The notes under the pieces are model-generated. The model saw only the letters and a program-made list of their open reading frames with translations. It did not search any database and was not told the origin of the DNA. A program made the position numbers and the translations under genes. 64,000 bases of DNA from Selaginella moellendorffii (taxonomy: Eukaryota; Plantae; Lycopodiophyta). Shown here in pieces: positions 12,496 through 25,376 of the stretch; position 1 is the stretch's first letter; every line of letters begins with the position of its first letter. The stretch covers positions 875,183-939,182 of the forward strand of contig NW_003314317.1 in the NCBI RefSeq assembly GCF_000143415.4, written 5' to 3'.

Positions 12496-14157
12496 GTGCA
12501 CTCGCGAATGACAGGCGCTCACTTCCTCCATTGCAGATCTACCCATTTGTGTTCACAGGTTGTTTGCACAACCACGGCCGCTTACAGAGCAGCAGTTGCC
12601 CTTGCACAAGCATTGGGTATGTATCTCCCGCCTTTGTGATCTGGACATATGAAAGGCACAGAGTTTGTAAAATACCTCTTAATTCCAACAATAAGCTCAA
12701 CAGCAAGAGCAAAGCAACTCTCTTCGTTTTATGTACTGTTTTCAAGGCCCTTGCAGGGTTGGAAGTCATGAATGGCAAGGTAAATCTATGCCACCTTTCT
12801 TTCCTCTTGCTCAAGAGTCAAACAGATCAAGAGGGCAACACAATGTCCTGTTGGAAGCAAAGGCTAGTCTGATTACTATATTTTTTTGTTTGTGCATTTC
12901 TAGGAGGCTTTCAAGGCCGATAGAGTTAGAGGTCACAGAGGCGGGCTCCTCAGCAAGAGAACAAGCAAGCACTACAACCTCCACACACAAATTCGTGCAA
13001 AAAAACCAAAACAAGATGGCAAGCTAGTAGTAGCATGTCAATGTGATGCCTGGATAATTTCAAGGACAAAGGATCACATGTCCTTGAGGAGCTGTCTTGC
13101 CTTTAGCATTGAATTCACACTTTCAACAATCAAAATTGTTTGTGGAATTTCATTTAGTTACCAATTTATACTTACCATCATTTATGGGCTACGGTGTTGT
13201 GGGGTCCTTGGAGGCGGGTGAAGCAAATTATGTAGTGGTGGCCACCAAGAGAATGCCTTTGCTTCTGGAATTGATCAACACTTTGGCATTTCTCCAGAGC
13301 TCAATGACTATGAAGTTATTTTTTCCTACTTTTGTGATTTGTCAATGAACATCTGTGACTTGGCCGTTTGATTCGTGCTAGAAATTCCTTAGAAAGATTG
13401 AAGTGTGGGAATGAGAGCTCTTGGAAGTGAACAACCCTCAATAATGACAACAAAGAGTGTTGGTAGTGGAAGGTTTTACCAACCACCCGTCAAATTCTGC
13501 TACGTATATATGTGGTGACGAGTGTTTTGTGAGATTATAAGGATTGAAAGCAAGGATCGAAAGCATACACAGTTTGTAGGGCTTGCCTCCACTGACACTT
13601 ACCGACACGCCACGGACTGCACCGACACTTACAGTTTGTAGGGCTTGACTTCACCAAAGTGGGCTTTAAATTGATTGTTAGCATTGCGCTTCACATGAAA
13701 GAGCCACTTTGTACTCACAATTTTCCGATCTGCTGGTGGAAACCGAAATCCAAGTGTTGTTGCGCATTAAAGAGTTAGACTCAGAGTCCATTCCAATTAT
13801 TCAGGTCTAATTCTGCTCGTTTTTATTTTGCTAATGCTGAAACTATTCCTGAGCCACAGATGAAGCTGCTGACTTTCCTAGCTGCCTGTGCACGAGCGGA
13901 AAAGTGGACGACCAGAATGTCCAATAATAGTGCGTCCAGAAGTATCACTTTGAGCTCCCCACTGCATGGCAGCTGGTTGATGTCTGGCCGGTAGCAGATG
14001 TTCCAGCACTCCCACCACCACCACTTATAAATCCACCTCCGCCACCCCACCTATTCCACCCCAGGATGATGGCGATTGGAGGAAATATGTCTTCAAGCAC
14101 ATGGCTTCATGCCTCTCCATAAGGACATGCCTTCATGCACTCTCCATCTGGGACAGA

Positions 14158-14992
14158 TGATGGTATCAGGTACACCGTGCTTGTGATCTCTGGTTATCAA
14201 TCGCCAGAGACTGTTGCATGTTCGCAGTTATGGCAAACAGCAGCAGTGGCACTGTTGTGGAGCAGCATCTTATCCCTGTCTATAAAGGAGAATTCCACAT
14301 ATGTGAATTTCATGTTTATGAGAGATAATTGTGATGTTAATGTTACAGGCACTAAACATTGCCAGATTGGAAAATTCAAAACAAGCAAACCTTGTCCACA
14401 ATTAAGATTAGTCTTGGTGAGCAATATATTCATCTTCTTCATTTTGCCAAGAGTTCTAGTGAAGCCAAGAATCATTGCTTTGCAAAGCATGCAGACAAGC
14501 ACTATTTTGTCACTTTTCTTGCATGTTTGTCTCATGAAGCACAAAGAGCAAAGTTTTCCAGCAGTGTAAGGATTTTCGTGCTAAAGTTGAGAAGCAAACA
14601 GGGAGCTGGTCTACACACTTTGGAAAAGGATAGCAATGATGTTTGCCTTCATTGGAAGTCTTGGCACAACCAAGAAGATGAATATATTAGTCACCAAGAT
14701 TAATCCCGATTGTGTACAAGGCTCACTTGTTTTGAATTTTCCAATCAAGAAGTTCAGCTGATCAAGTAGCAGGTTCTGGCTTAGTGCCTGCAATAATAGC
14801 ATCACAATTGCCTCACATAAACATGACCTTCAACAGTGCTGCCCTATAGACAGGGATAAGACACTGCTCCACAATGGCGCCACTACTGCTGCTTGCAATG
14901 TGACTGCAAACACGCAACAATCACCAGCAATTGATATGGTGCCGGAGATTGGAGGAAGCACAGTGTACCATTCACAGCTCTGATACCATGAT
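14158..14992. repeat. Diverged long inverted repeat (arms ~14158-14510 and ~14605-14992)
   Basis: Example pairs: GTGGAGCAGCATCTTATCCCTGTCTATA with the reverse complement of TATAGACAGGGATAAGACACTGCTCCAC; GATTGGAAAATTCAAAACAAG with CTTGTTTTGAATTTTCCAATC. Confidence 0.8.
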
Positions 14993-15104
14993 GCTGCTGC
15001 TAAAGAGCATCTTGATGTGATCAACCCTACTAACTGCCTAACCTACCTACATGGCATAGAGCCAGTACTCGTAGAAGAGCTTCCGAACTGTGTTAGATTG
15101 GAGC

Positions 15105-15885
15105 GAGGATGCATTTGTCGTGTCCATGGTGGAGAAACTTGATGGCTTCCAAGGCGACCAGGGAACTCAGAGAAACTTTGATCAATCAATTTCTAACAGT
15201 ATATATATCCGAGAGTAGCATATAGGATTCCGAGCGAGGAAAGAGAGCTGGGCACAATGCAGTGCTACTGGATAGATTTGCAAGCCATGTTGCTTCTGGG
15301 GTTTAAACTTTGGAAGCACTCAGCAAAGCTGTCCAGCACGAGGCCGTGTTCTTCGTATCCATCAGAAATGAAGATCTCACCACCTCAATGTTGCTGCCTA
15401 GAAAGAAATCTTCCACCTCTTGGAGCTGCCCCGAGCGAGACAAGAGATCGAGCATACACATGTAATGTTCTTTCACGTGCTTGATCGACGCAAAGTGGTA
15501 ACATCCATCACGGATAATCCCTCCGTGGCTATAGCAAAATCACAAAAGCAGGTAAAACTCCATCCAGTGACATCTCGAGGTAAAGCTCCAAAGTCAGTTA
15601 CAAGCAATATATCCCAAGCATTGGCGACCTCGATCAGGGCATCCTTGTGTGTGATTGCGGGCGTGGAGCTAGAATCCACAGTGGAGGCTGCGCTGGTCAA
15701 TAGTTCCAACCAGGGCCATCTCGGACAAAATGTACGAAAGGGATTCTCTCCTTGACAGCATATGCCCAGTCTGCATGCAGTGCTACGATGAATCTGAGAC
15801 CGATCATGGCGCCTTCCAGACGTGCACGAGCATCTCAGCCATTGCGACCGGGAAAATCATCCACGAAGGGCTGAGATTCAACGCT
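15105..15885 (-). pseudogene. Scrambled 3' part of a PPR gene copy (pieces in both orientations, many small deletions)
   Basis: 15105-15224 = revcomp 44770-44890; 15225-15305 = forward 44692-44772; 15306-15620 = revcomp 44323-44687; 15621-15885 = forward 43846-44200 (coordinates approximate). Confidence 0.85.
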
Positions 15886-16500
15886 AGCCAGGTTCCATTT
15901 TAAGTCGCCTTCTTCAAATGCTATTAAACGACTTGTTCTAGAAAGACAAGCTTGCCCCACAACATCTTTTCCAGCTTTGTTTGACAAGATCCTCAACAGC
16001 CCACTCCCGTGTTAGCTCCTCCCGGTCATCGTCATCGGGTGCAAAAACAGGCCGACCTCGGAGCTTCTCGTAAACCATTCTGCATTGCTCCGAGCCCGGA
16101 GGTAAGTCCTCGTCCTCGTACACCCTCACTGACGAGCTTCTTTGTCAGTACCTAAAACAAACGATCTCTCTCCAAACCATTCTTGTTCTTGAAACTCTGG
16201 TAGAATGTTGCATGTACAAGATCCATGTCAAGCACGACTTCGACGCGAAAAAACAGACCTGGAAACAGCTCCGTAAAGGGCTGGCCATTTAGAGGGACGT
16301 CTGTCCACCATCTCATTGCTCTTGCTGAGGTAACTCATGACGAAATCTGTGCACCACAGGTCGCCCATCGACCAGAGCATGTGTTCGGTCCAAAAGTTGC
16401 GCTTTCAGGCCGAAAGAACTGCAGCAGTCACGCAGTGCCCCGAGCCGCTGCTTGTCCATAGCGAGCGGATTTGCAAGGTGCTAGGATGCGCTCTACAAAC

Positions 16501-17036
16501 ATGATCGTTGTTTGATTTGGTCTCGATCCGTCCTGAAGCATCGATCGATAGGTGGATATCGCCTCGCGAAAGAGGCGATTCTGGTCATAGGCAGCGATCA
16601 TCGCATTCCAGGCAGCAGTGTCTCGTCGACCGGGGTTTCTGTCGAAGAGATCCTTGGCATGGTCGACGAAGCCGTGCTGGGAATAGGCCGCGAGCATCGC
16701 CGTCCAGGCCACCACGTCCTTGCCCGGCATTGCATCGAAGATCGCTCGCGCCTCTGCCAGATACCCCAGCTGGGCGAATGCCGTGAAGAGGAGCGTCCAG
16801 AAGAAGATGGTCTTGTCGCGGATGCTATCAAACGCGGCCCGCGCGCGATCGAGATCGCCGAGCCTGCCATACATCTGGACGATGAGATTTCCCAGAAACG
16901 TGCTGCGATCCACTCCAAACCCGCTGCTGCCGATCTGCTGGTGCAGTAGCGTTGCCTCGGCCATGGATCCACATCGTCACAGCTGGCTCGCCAAGAGGTT
17001 GACACGCTCTGGCCGCTGGATCGCGGCATCGCTCAT
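16501..17036 (-). pseudogene. 5' half of a PLS-class PPR gene copy (paralog of 43283-44809), with an early stop
   Basis: Near-identical to 43283-43817; codon 20 CGG>TGA; homology ends at 16501, where it joins unrelated sequence. Confidence 0.88.
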
Positions 17037-17240
17037 GGAAAATCAAAGGCGGGAAGTCGAGTTTGCTATAGGCGGGTGAAAGCGATGCGCAGCGCCCAGT
17101 CTGCTTTCACAGGGGAGAAATTAAGAACAGCATTACTTGGACTGCCCTTCCCACTATGCAACTAGTGGCAAATGGCTATTTTTTGGTTTAGATTATTATT
17201 TACCAGAAGACCACCAAGGCCAACCACGACCCTTAAACTT

Positions 17241-17250
17241 GCCACGTGGC
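17241..17250. promoter_or_regulatory. Palindromic G-box/ABRE in the ~270-bp divergent PPR/CR intergenic region
   Basis: Perfect GCCACGTGGC, conserved at 25225 and 43018. Confidence 0.55.
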
Positions 17251-17306
17251 CCGGTGCAACGGCAGCCGTCGGATGTTACCGTCCAATAGGGCTACAGTAG
17301 AAGCTC

Positions 17307-20088
17307 ATGGCATCGTCTTCCGTGGCTATGGAGATTGACGAATCTCCTTTCCAGGAGCTTGAGCGTTCCATCAAGGCTGTGGAAGCTAAAATCGAGGGAG
17401 TGGAGAAACAACTGGCGAGCGAGCAAGATCCGGCAGAGAGGCAGTATCTGCGGGAGGAGGAGCAGTATCTGTGGAAGAAGAAGCAGTATCTGCGGAAGAA
17501 GGAGGAGCTGCTGCGGGAGGAGAAGCTCCTCCTACTTAAATATAATGGTAAGCCTTTTCCCGTATCATGCTATGCGGATCTGAGACATTTGATTCGCTTG
17601 CAGTGCCCCACGGAACTGGCGGATCTGGTAAGTTTCCGCTTGCCCCAAATTTCCTTCTTCCTCATGCCCCAGAATTGTGCTGAGGCATTTGTTCGTGGCC
17701 TCGCATTGCATTTGTTTGTTAGTGCTGGACTTTTTTGTCTTCCCGGTTGTAGTTGGTCACTTTGGATCTGTAGTTGGGCGCCCCTGCGTCTTTTGTGTTT
17801 TGCTGACGAGATGTTGTGTCGTGGCTAGCTATGTCGTTGTGTCATGTTTGCTATGGCGTTTCTATCCCCTTATTTTTTCTTATCGGTTTTTCTTTTGCTG
17901 CGAGTCATGGCTGGCTATGTCGATCTGCTTGATCTGTAGCTGGCGTCCCTGCGTCTTTTGTGTGTTGCGTTTACTTATGATGACGAGATCGTTGTGTGTA
18001 TAATGGCTCTTTTCTTTTGTTACTGCGCATCTAGCTGGTTTTTTTCTTTTTCACATCTTATTTTCCGGCTTTGAGCAGTTTTTTCTCTTTGCAGACGCAA
18101 CCAGGTATAACTACGAGCTTCCGACGTCTTTAGAAGCGTGTGACATGTTCCACTTCTGCCCAGTGGTCTTCCGTAAGGATTTCTATTATGTTCAGCAGGT
18201 GTGGAAACCATTTTACACACAGATGAGCAAGGTTACCCAAGGGATGGTTAAAGTGGTACACGTCTCCGGCAACCCCGGCATAGGCAAGTCCCATTTTCTG
18301 GTTTACGTGCTCCTTAATCTACTGAAGGAAGGGAAGACCGTCCAGGTGGAGCTCGTTAAGGAGAAAACTATGGATTATTATGCTTTCTATCCAGACGGGA
18401 CATACCAGACTCTTGACGGGTTTAACAGGTCGCTGCAAGGGGAGATCCTACTGACTGATCAGAGGTTTGTTGGTCACTATGGGTGAATTACGTATATCTT
18501 TGCATCTCCCAATAGAGACAACTGGGTGGATGCGTGGAAGAACATAACCTCGAGCCGCTTCCAACAGCTTTTCATGCCGCCTTGGTCCTTTGAGGAACTA
18601 GAAAATCTTTTCTACCGGTACACGTATCTGGAGGAGAACAGGTTCTCAGATCCTCGAACGGAGTTTCGTGTGAGAAATCTACTATTTGGTCCTATACCCA
18701 GGTGGTACTTCTTCCCCCTGGAGAACGGATATCAGGAGATATTAAAGAATGTGCAAGGGATGGTCGGGAAAGGGGTGCTTCAGGTGCAGGACTTGAGAGG
18801 TGCTGGTGACAAGGAAGAATATTCATATACGGTGTTCACAATGTGGCCAAGTGCAGATTTTTTGTCTATTCAATCAATCAGGCCCACCTCCCAGTGGGTT
18901 TCACAAAGCATTGCTGAGGTGGCTGCTTACACGGAGCTCAAGGGGTTTGAGACCTTTGTCTTGGATGCTGAGAGTGACCCGGCATTGAAAGTCGCTGCTG
19001 GGAATCTGTTTGAACGTTATGCGCATGAACGGCTTGCACAGGGGGGGACGTTCAAAGCCGTGGAAGATGGATCTGATGTGGTGTTGCAAACTTGTCGGAT
19101 CAAGTATTTTTCTGGTTTGACAGTGTCGGCAGACCCCGAGTGGAGGAAGGACACAAGTTCCTATTGGGTGCCTAGGAACCAGAACTTCCCCATCGTCGAC
19201 AGTATAACGCCGAACCATATGATCCAAGTGTCCTTGGCGAAGTCCAGGAAGCCCATGGATCGGGCTGTCTTCTCCAGACTGCAGTCGGATTTAAACCAGG
19301 TAGGTGCAATATCTTTATTATGTTTGACACTAAACTCCTAACCGATGCAGGACGCTTATATGGTGCTGGTGAAACCTGAGGGTGATAGAAGAAGTGCCCC
19401 GGTTATTAAATTTCGAAGTTTGAACAAGCAGAAGGTCTTGTCTGATGAAGACAAGCAGCTGGTCTTAGCTGGTGATTTGAGGTATCACCAAATCCAGGCA
19501 TTGTGCAAGAAGTATAAAATTCGTGCAAACCAGCACAAGGAAGTGATGCTTGAGGAACTCAAGGAACTTGTGGCTGTTGCCAATGTCCAAGATGGTGGTG
19601 GCATGCAAGAGGAGCAACTGAGGCCGATTGTGAAGACTATTGCATTGTGGAGTGGCTTCTCGGTGAATTCAGGTTGGCACTATCTGACTCTCAAAGAGCT
19701 TTTCACCTCTGTGAAGAATGACATCCATTATGGCGATTATGAACCTTTTTTTGCGCTGGAAGATGATGCTGTTGAAGACAATGGATATGCAGCGATGGAT
19801 AATTGGGACATAAAGCTTGGCTTCCATGGGGGTAAGATAAAAAAATGTGTTTCATTTATAATCTCTGATCAATGTCGAATAATCACAGGTGGAACTACAT
19901 CCGGGTTTGAATCTGAGATCGTGTACACTGCTCTAATGGAGGAGACCCAAGTGACCTTGAAGTTGGCGCATCTGGATGGTACTCTAGCTGGAAAGTAGGT
20001 GAGGGTGAAGGTAGAAGGTCATGAGAGTAGACCGTTGATCTGGAAGTCCTATCAGCCATGTGAAGGATGTGAGGTCCTCCTTGTATGA
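17307..20088 (+). pseudogene. CR protein copy 2, with two premature stops
   Basis: Same exon layout as copy 1; CGA>TGA at 18484-18486 and CAG>TAG at 19996-19998. Confidence 0.85.
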
Positions 20089-23000
20089 GTGAGAGATCTT
20101 CTAGTGTACCTATATTTCATATATGATCCCCTTTATATGTTGTTGTTTTCCTTTGCATTTTCGTAAATCACTTTCCTTTAGTAGTTTTCTGTCTGGAGAA
20201 ATAATATTTCCTTTCTTTAATCAGCTCAATACAGTAAACATCTCGTGGCATCTCCAAATGCTTCAAAGGATGAAACTTGTTGAAGTAATGATGAAAGCAG
20301 GGAATGGGGTATGGGGAGTGAGAGCCATAGTCGTGGCCTGGTTCTGAGTACCCATCGTGGCGCATTTGGGTCTTGAGTTGCTTGGCTTGAAACTGTTGGA
20401 ACAAGTACAGACTGGAGTCAAACAGACACCCCGGTCAACTATTCCCAAAGGGTAAGTCAACCAAGGAGGCCAGGTTAAGCAGGCAGCGAATTTAGTTAGC
20501 AATCTCCTTATTACAAACCTACGAATTTGTACCACACAAGGTAAGGGAGTTGCTGAATGCAAGTAGGTGTCAGTGGCTTATTGCTCCAAAGTCAAAATGG
20601 TTACAAGTACATTGTAGGGGGGAAATAGGTAGCATAGAACTCCACCCATTTGGATATGTGAATAGATTTATTCAAGATTTGGAATACATAAATGATAGTT
20701 TCCATAAAAGCAAGAAGGTTCCTTCAGAACTGGTGGGTCAAGGAATTGACACAGGATACAAAAGTGGAGAACTTGTTATTGAAAAAGAATGCACAAAAAG
20801 TATAAGTCCAATTTAAGTGTATTGTGGATGCATATGGCTGAATTGAGGTATGGCACACACCAATTCGAGGTACTTTGCCATGTTGAAACCATGCAACGTG
20901 TCTAACAAGTCACCCATTCCCCTTGTCAATAGCAAACTTGTTGTGGATAGGCTATGGAGAAGTTTGGTTGGCAATGACACCGTTCCTGTCAACCACAAAG
21001 CTAAACTCTTTTAACTGTTAAATTATGCATTAGGTAAGAGATGAAGGGTTTAGGCATTTCCAAGATCTAAAGCAATAAAACAATATCTTTTAGAACCTTT
21101 ATATCTTGGCTGCATATGAATGATGCCTAAAAGTCTCTGCCTAACTACAAATATAGTTTATTATATAGAATTTGAAATTTAATTATTTTATGCCTATATC
21201 AAAATTATTAAGTAATTCTTTGCTAATATATAAATTATTAGTAATTATTTTTAGTAATTCTGCTTTTCATTTTGCTTCAGGATTGTAATATATTAGTTTT
21301 CTTGAAATATTAATATTCTAAGTTTATTTATATCCAAGTAAAAACATACTTTATATGTAGCTATAACAAGCAATTTGTGCTTGCAATACCTAGAGTGGGC
21401 AGCCCAGCAATAAAATGTTTTGTTTTATATAGCAATATACTCTTTAAATATTTTTTATTAAAATTTAATGTTATTAATTTATTTTAATAGTATTTAAAAA
21501 TATAATAAGAAAATATTCTATACAGATGGTCTATTTAGATATCACTGGAACATATGAAAGCCAACATCAAGTGATGGTATATCAAGAATATTACCACTCA
21601 ATTGACTAAATCTGACTTTGCTATAGTTTTGTGAGTGTGTAGGCATGATTAAAGCTTTAATTGTGAATAAAAACGAAGTAAACATCTTTAACAATAAGAG
21701 TATATATATTATATTTTTATAGGTAGCCTTAGTTTTTTACAATTTAACTTCTTATCAAAATTATTTGATCCATGTAGCATACAACAATGCTTGAGTTTCT
21801 TAATAGTAGTGTTATTCTTATTTAATAATTTAATTGATCAAATGGAAGTATATAATTATAAATATGTATATAATTTATAAAACAAACATTAATCTTATTG
21901 AATATCAACCATTAGATGGTACTAGAATCATACTAGAAAGTGTTTAGGAAATTTTATAAATTATGACAGGTAGATGGTAGAATATCCTAGAATATACAAG
22001 CATATTCTAGACATATTCACTACTACCCACAAAAACAAGATAATGTATACAATATTTGATTAAGCAGTAATATGTTTAAACATTTTTTCTAGCTACTATT
22101 AGTTAATACTATGGAATATAAGATTTGAATTTACAGTCTATATATCATATATATTTATAAAAAAATTTCTTTCTGGGTATAAATAAATAAGTAAAAATTA
22201 TTTTTAGTCAATATTCTCTTACTTTTTTGATAGAATATTAATATAAATTTATTCTTGGAAAACATAATTTAGAGAAAAAAGTAAAAATAGAATTTCTAAT
22301 ATTGTATTTTTCTAAATATATTCATATTTCTAAAAAATAATTAATAAATATTTATTCTTATTTATATATTCATCTTATCAATTTAACAAGAGAAAACATA
22401 TTTATATAAAATCACAAATTTTTATATTCATAATAGTAAAGTGATAAAAGGCCGAAAGCTTGCGGCTGTCTGATTGCAATAATACTAAAGTGATAAAGGC
22501 CAGAAGCTTGTGGCTGTTTGATTGCAAGCCCTAGGCCCAATTTGTATTGTTTCAGCAAAACTTTTGTGGATGTTTGATTGGTCAATGGAAAGCTGGCTGC
22601 ATGCGATAATACAAATATTTGACATATGTCCATTTGTGTTTTCAGGTGCCAAGCAAGAGGGCAAATCAATGGTGAAGGTTAGCAACTAATTGTGGCATCT
22701 GTGGAGTGGTGGAGCTGGAGCAAGCTTTCAATGCAGCTAGAACCATCAGAGAGTTGCTTTAGTCCTTGTTCTTCCACAAGAGAGAACAAGCTTCAAGGCA
22801 AGTTCTTCCTTGTGGTTCTCTTGAGTATCCCATCAGCAAGGGAGTCCACAAGACAGCACTGTAATATCTTATCCTGATAAGAGTTTTGCAAGATGGTTCC
22901 ACACTTGCAATATGTACCATTAACCAAGACATTCCTCAAAGCTATAGCTTACAAACCTGATTTGAAACTTTGATGACCTTCCCATTGAGCTCCTCGCCTT

Positions 23001-25224
23001 CTTCTCAAGCTACCAAGTCCAAGCAAGACTTGAAAGCAGCAATTGTAGGTTGTATTGTCTGCTACACAGCCCATAAGACAGGAATTTAACACGTGTTTAG
23101 GGTGCACTTGCAAATGAGAGGTGCTCACTTCCTCCACTGCAGATCTACCCATTTATGTTCATAGGTGTTTGCATGACTATGGCCGCTTACAGACTCTCTT
23201 CATTTCACATACTGTTTTCAAAGCCCTTACAAGGTTGGAAGTCATGAATGGCAATGTATTGTTCATGAATGGCCATTGCTTTGTGCATATCTAGGAGGCT
23301 TTCAAGGTTAATAGAGCTAGAGCTCACAGAGGTGGGCTCCTCAATAAGAGAACAATCAAGCATTACAATCTTCACATGCAAATTTCTGCATTTTAGACTT
23401 ATTAAGAGGTCCATTTAGCCTAGTATTATTCAAGCCAAAGACATTTAACTTTGTATTGCAAAACGCTTTAATTGATTGAAAAAAAGGATGCATTTTTATT
23501 TATGAGCCTTTCCCTTTATATTTAAACTCACTCTTATTTATAAACCTTTTCCCTCTATATTTAAATTCTCATCTCTCAAGTCGTTCTATTTAATTGTTTA
23601 TAACCTAGATAATTTCAAAGACAAATGATCACATGTCCTTAAGGAGGTATCTTGCATTTAGCATTGAATTCACACTTTCAACAATCAAAATTGTCTATGG
23701 AATTTCATTTAATTACCAATTTATGCTTACCATCATTTATGGGCTGCGGTGTTGTGGGGTCCTTGGAGGAGGCAAAAGGTGAGGCAAGTTGTGTAGTGGT
23801 GGCCACCAAAAGAGTAGGTTCTTGCGCTTGACAAAGTGAGGGCTTCTATGGCTAATGCATCACTAGCTAATGCCTTTGCTTCTGGAATTTATCAACACTT
23901 TGGCATTTCTCTAGAGCTCAAAGTTATTTTAGGTGCTATTTTTGTAATTTGTCAATGAACATCTGTAACTTTTGATTCGTGCTAGAAATTCCTTAGAAAG
24001 ATTAAAGTGTGGGAATGAGAGCTCTTGGAAGTGAACAACCCTCAATAATGAAAACAAAGAGTGTTGGTAAGGCCAACCACCTGCCAGATTCTGCAACGTA
24101 TAAATGTGGTGACGAGTGTTTTGTGAGATTATAAGGATTGAAAGCAAGGATCAAAAGCATACATAGTTTGTAGGGCTTGCCTTCACTGACACTTACCGAC
24201 ATGCCGTGGACTGCATTTGTAGGGCTTGACTTCACCAAAGTGGGCTTTAAATTGACTGTTAGCATTGAAAGAGCCACTTTGTACTCACAATTTTCCAATC
24301 TGCTGGCTTGGAAACCAAAATCCATTGACTCAGAGTCCATTCCAAGAAGAAGCATGTGGACCTGATAATTATTCAGGTCTAATTCTGCTCGGTTTTATTT
24401 TGCTAATGCTGAAACTATTCCTGAGCCACAGTCAGTTGATGAAGCTGCTGACTTTCCTAAGCGGCCTGTGCACAAGCTGAAAAAGTGGACGACCAGAATG
24501 GGAATATCCAATAATAGTGCGTCCAGAAGTATCACTTTGAGCTCGCTGCTGATCCTTACAACATGGTGGGCAGTAGCAGATGTTCCAGCGCTCCCACCAC
24601 CACCACTTATAAATCTGCCTCCCCCACCTATTCCACCCCAGGATGATGGCGATTGGAGGAAATATGTCTTCAAGCACATGCCTTTATGCCTCTCCATAAG
24701 GACATGCCTTCATGTCCTCTCCATCTGGGACAGAAGAGTAAGTGTATCAGACTTGTGAATAGTACACCATGCTTGCGATCTCCAGCTATCAATCACTAGA
24801 GATTGTTGCATGTTCTCAGTCATGGCGGGCAGCAACAGTGGCACCATTGTGGAGCAAGAGTCTTATCTGTGTCTACAAAGGAGAATTCCACACATGTGAA
24901 TTTCATGTTTATGCGAGACAATTGTGATGTTATTGTTACAGGCACTGAGTGCTGCTAGATTGGAAAATTCAAAACAAGCAAGCCTTATTCACAATTGGGA
25001 TTGGTCTTGGTGAACAATATATTCATCTTCTTCATTGTGCCAAGAGTTCTAGTGAAAGCAAACATCATCACTATCGTTTTCCAAAGCATGCAGATGAGCA
25101 CTATTTTGTCACTTTTCTTGCAAGGTTGATGTTTGTCTCATGAAGCACAAAGAGCAAAGTTTTCAAGCACTTTAAGGATTTTTGTACTTAGCGCTGGAAA
25201 TATTTACCGACCACCCTTAAACTT

Positions 25225-25234
25225 GCCACGTGGC
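25225..25234. promoter_or_regulatory. G-box/ABRE upstream of CR copy 3
   Basis: GCCACGTGGC. Confidence 0.5.
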
Positions 25235-25376
25235 CCGGCGCAACGGCAGCCGTCGGATGTTACCCTCCAATAGGGCTAGTTCTTTCAGTAGAAGCGGCAT
25301 CGTCTTCCGTGGCGACGACTCTCCTTTCCAGGGGCTTGAGCGTTCCATCAAGGCTGTGGAAGCTGAAATCGAAGGA

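Larger units (their letters stand above)
6928..16500 (+). repeat. Segmental duplication unit A1 (CR gene, AT-rich spacer, degenerate relics, scrambled PPR 3' part)
   Basis: Colinear with ~25270-34956 and, in part, with 17290-25186. Confidence 0.9.
17228..25186 (+). repeat. Segmental duplication unit A2 (~7.9-kb tandem copy of A3)
   Basis: Near-constant offset of ~7.85-7.94 kb to A3 (18145/26080, 22412/30332, 24395/32247) with very high identity. Confidence 0.92.

Noticed and set aside
13300-14130. Degenerate coding-like segment (Gly/Pro-rich ORFs, also 24395-24758 and 32247-32610)
   Set aside because: Frames differ between A1 and A2/A3 and no family motif was recognised
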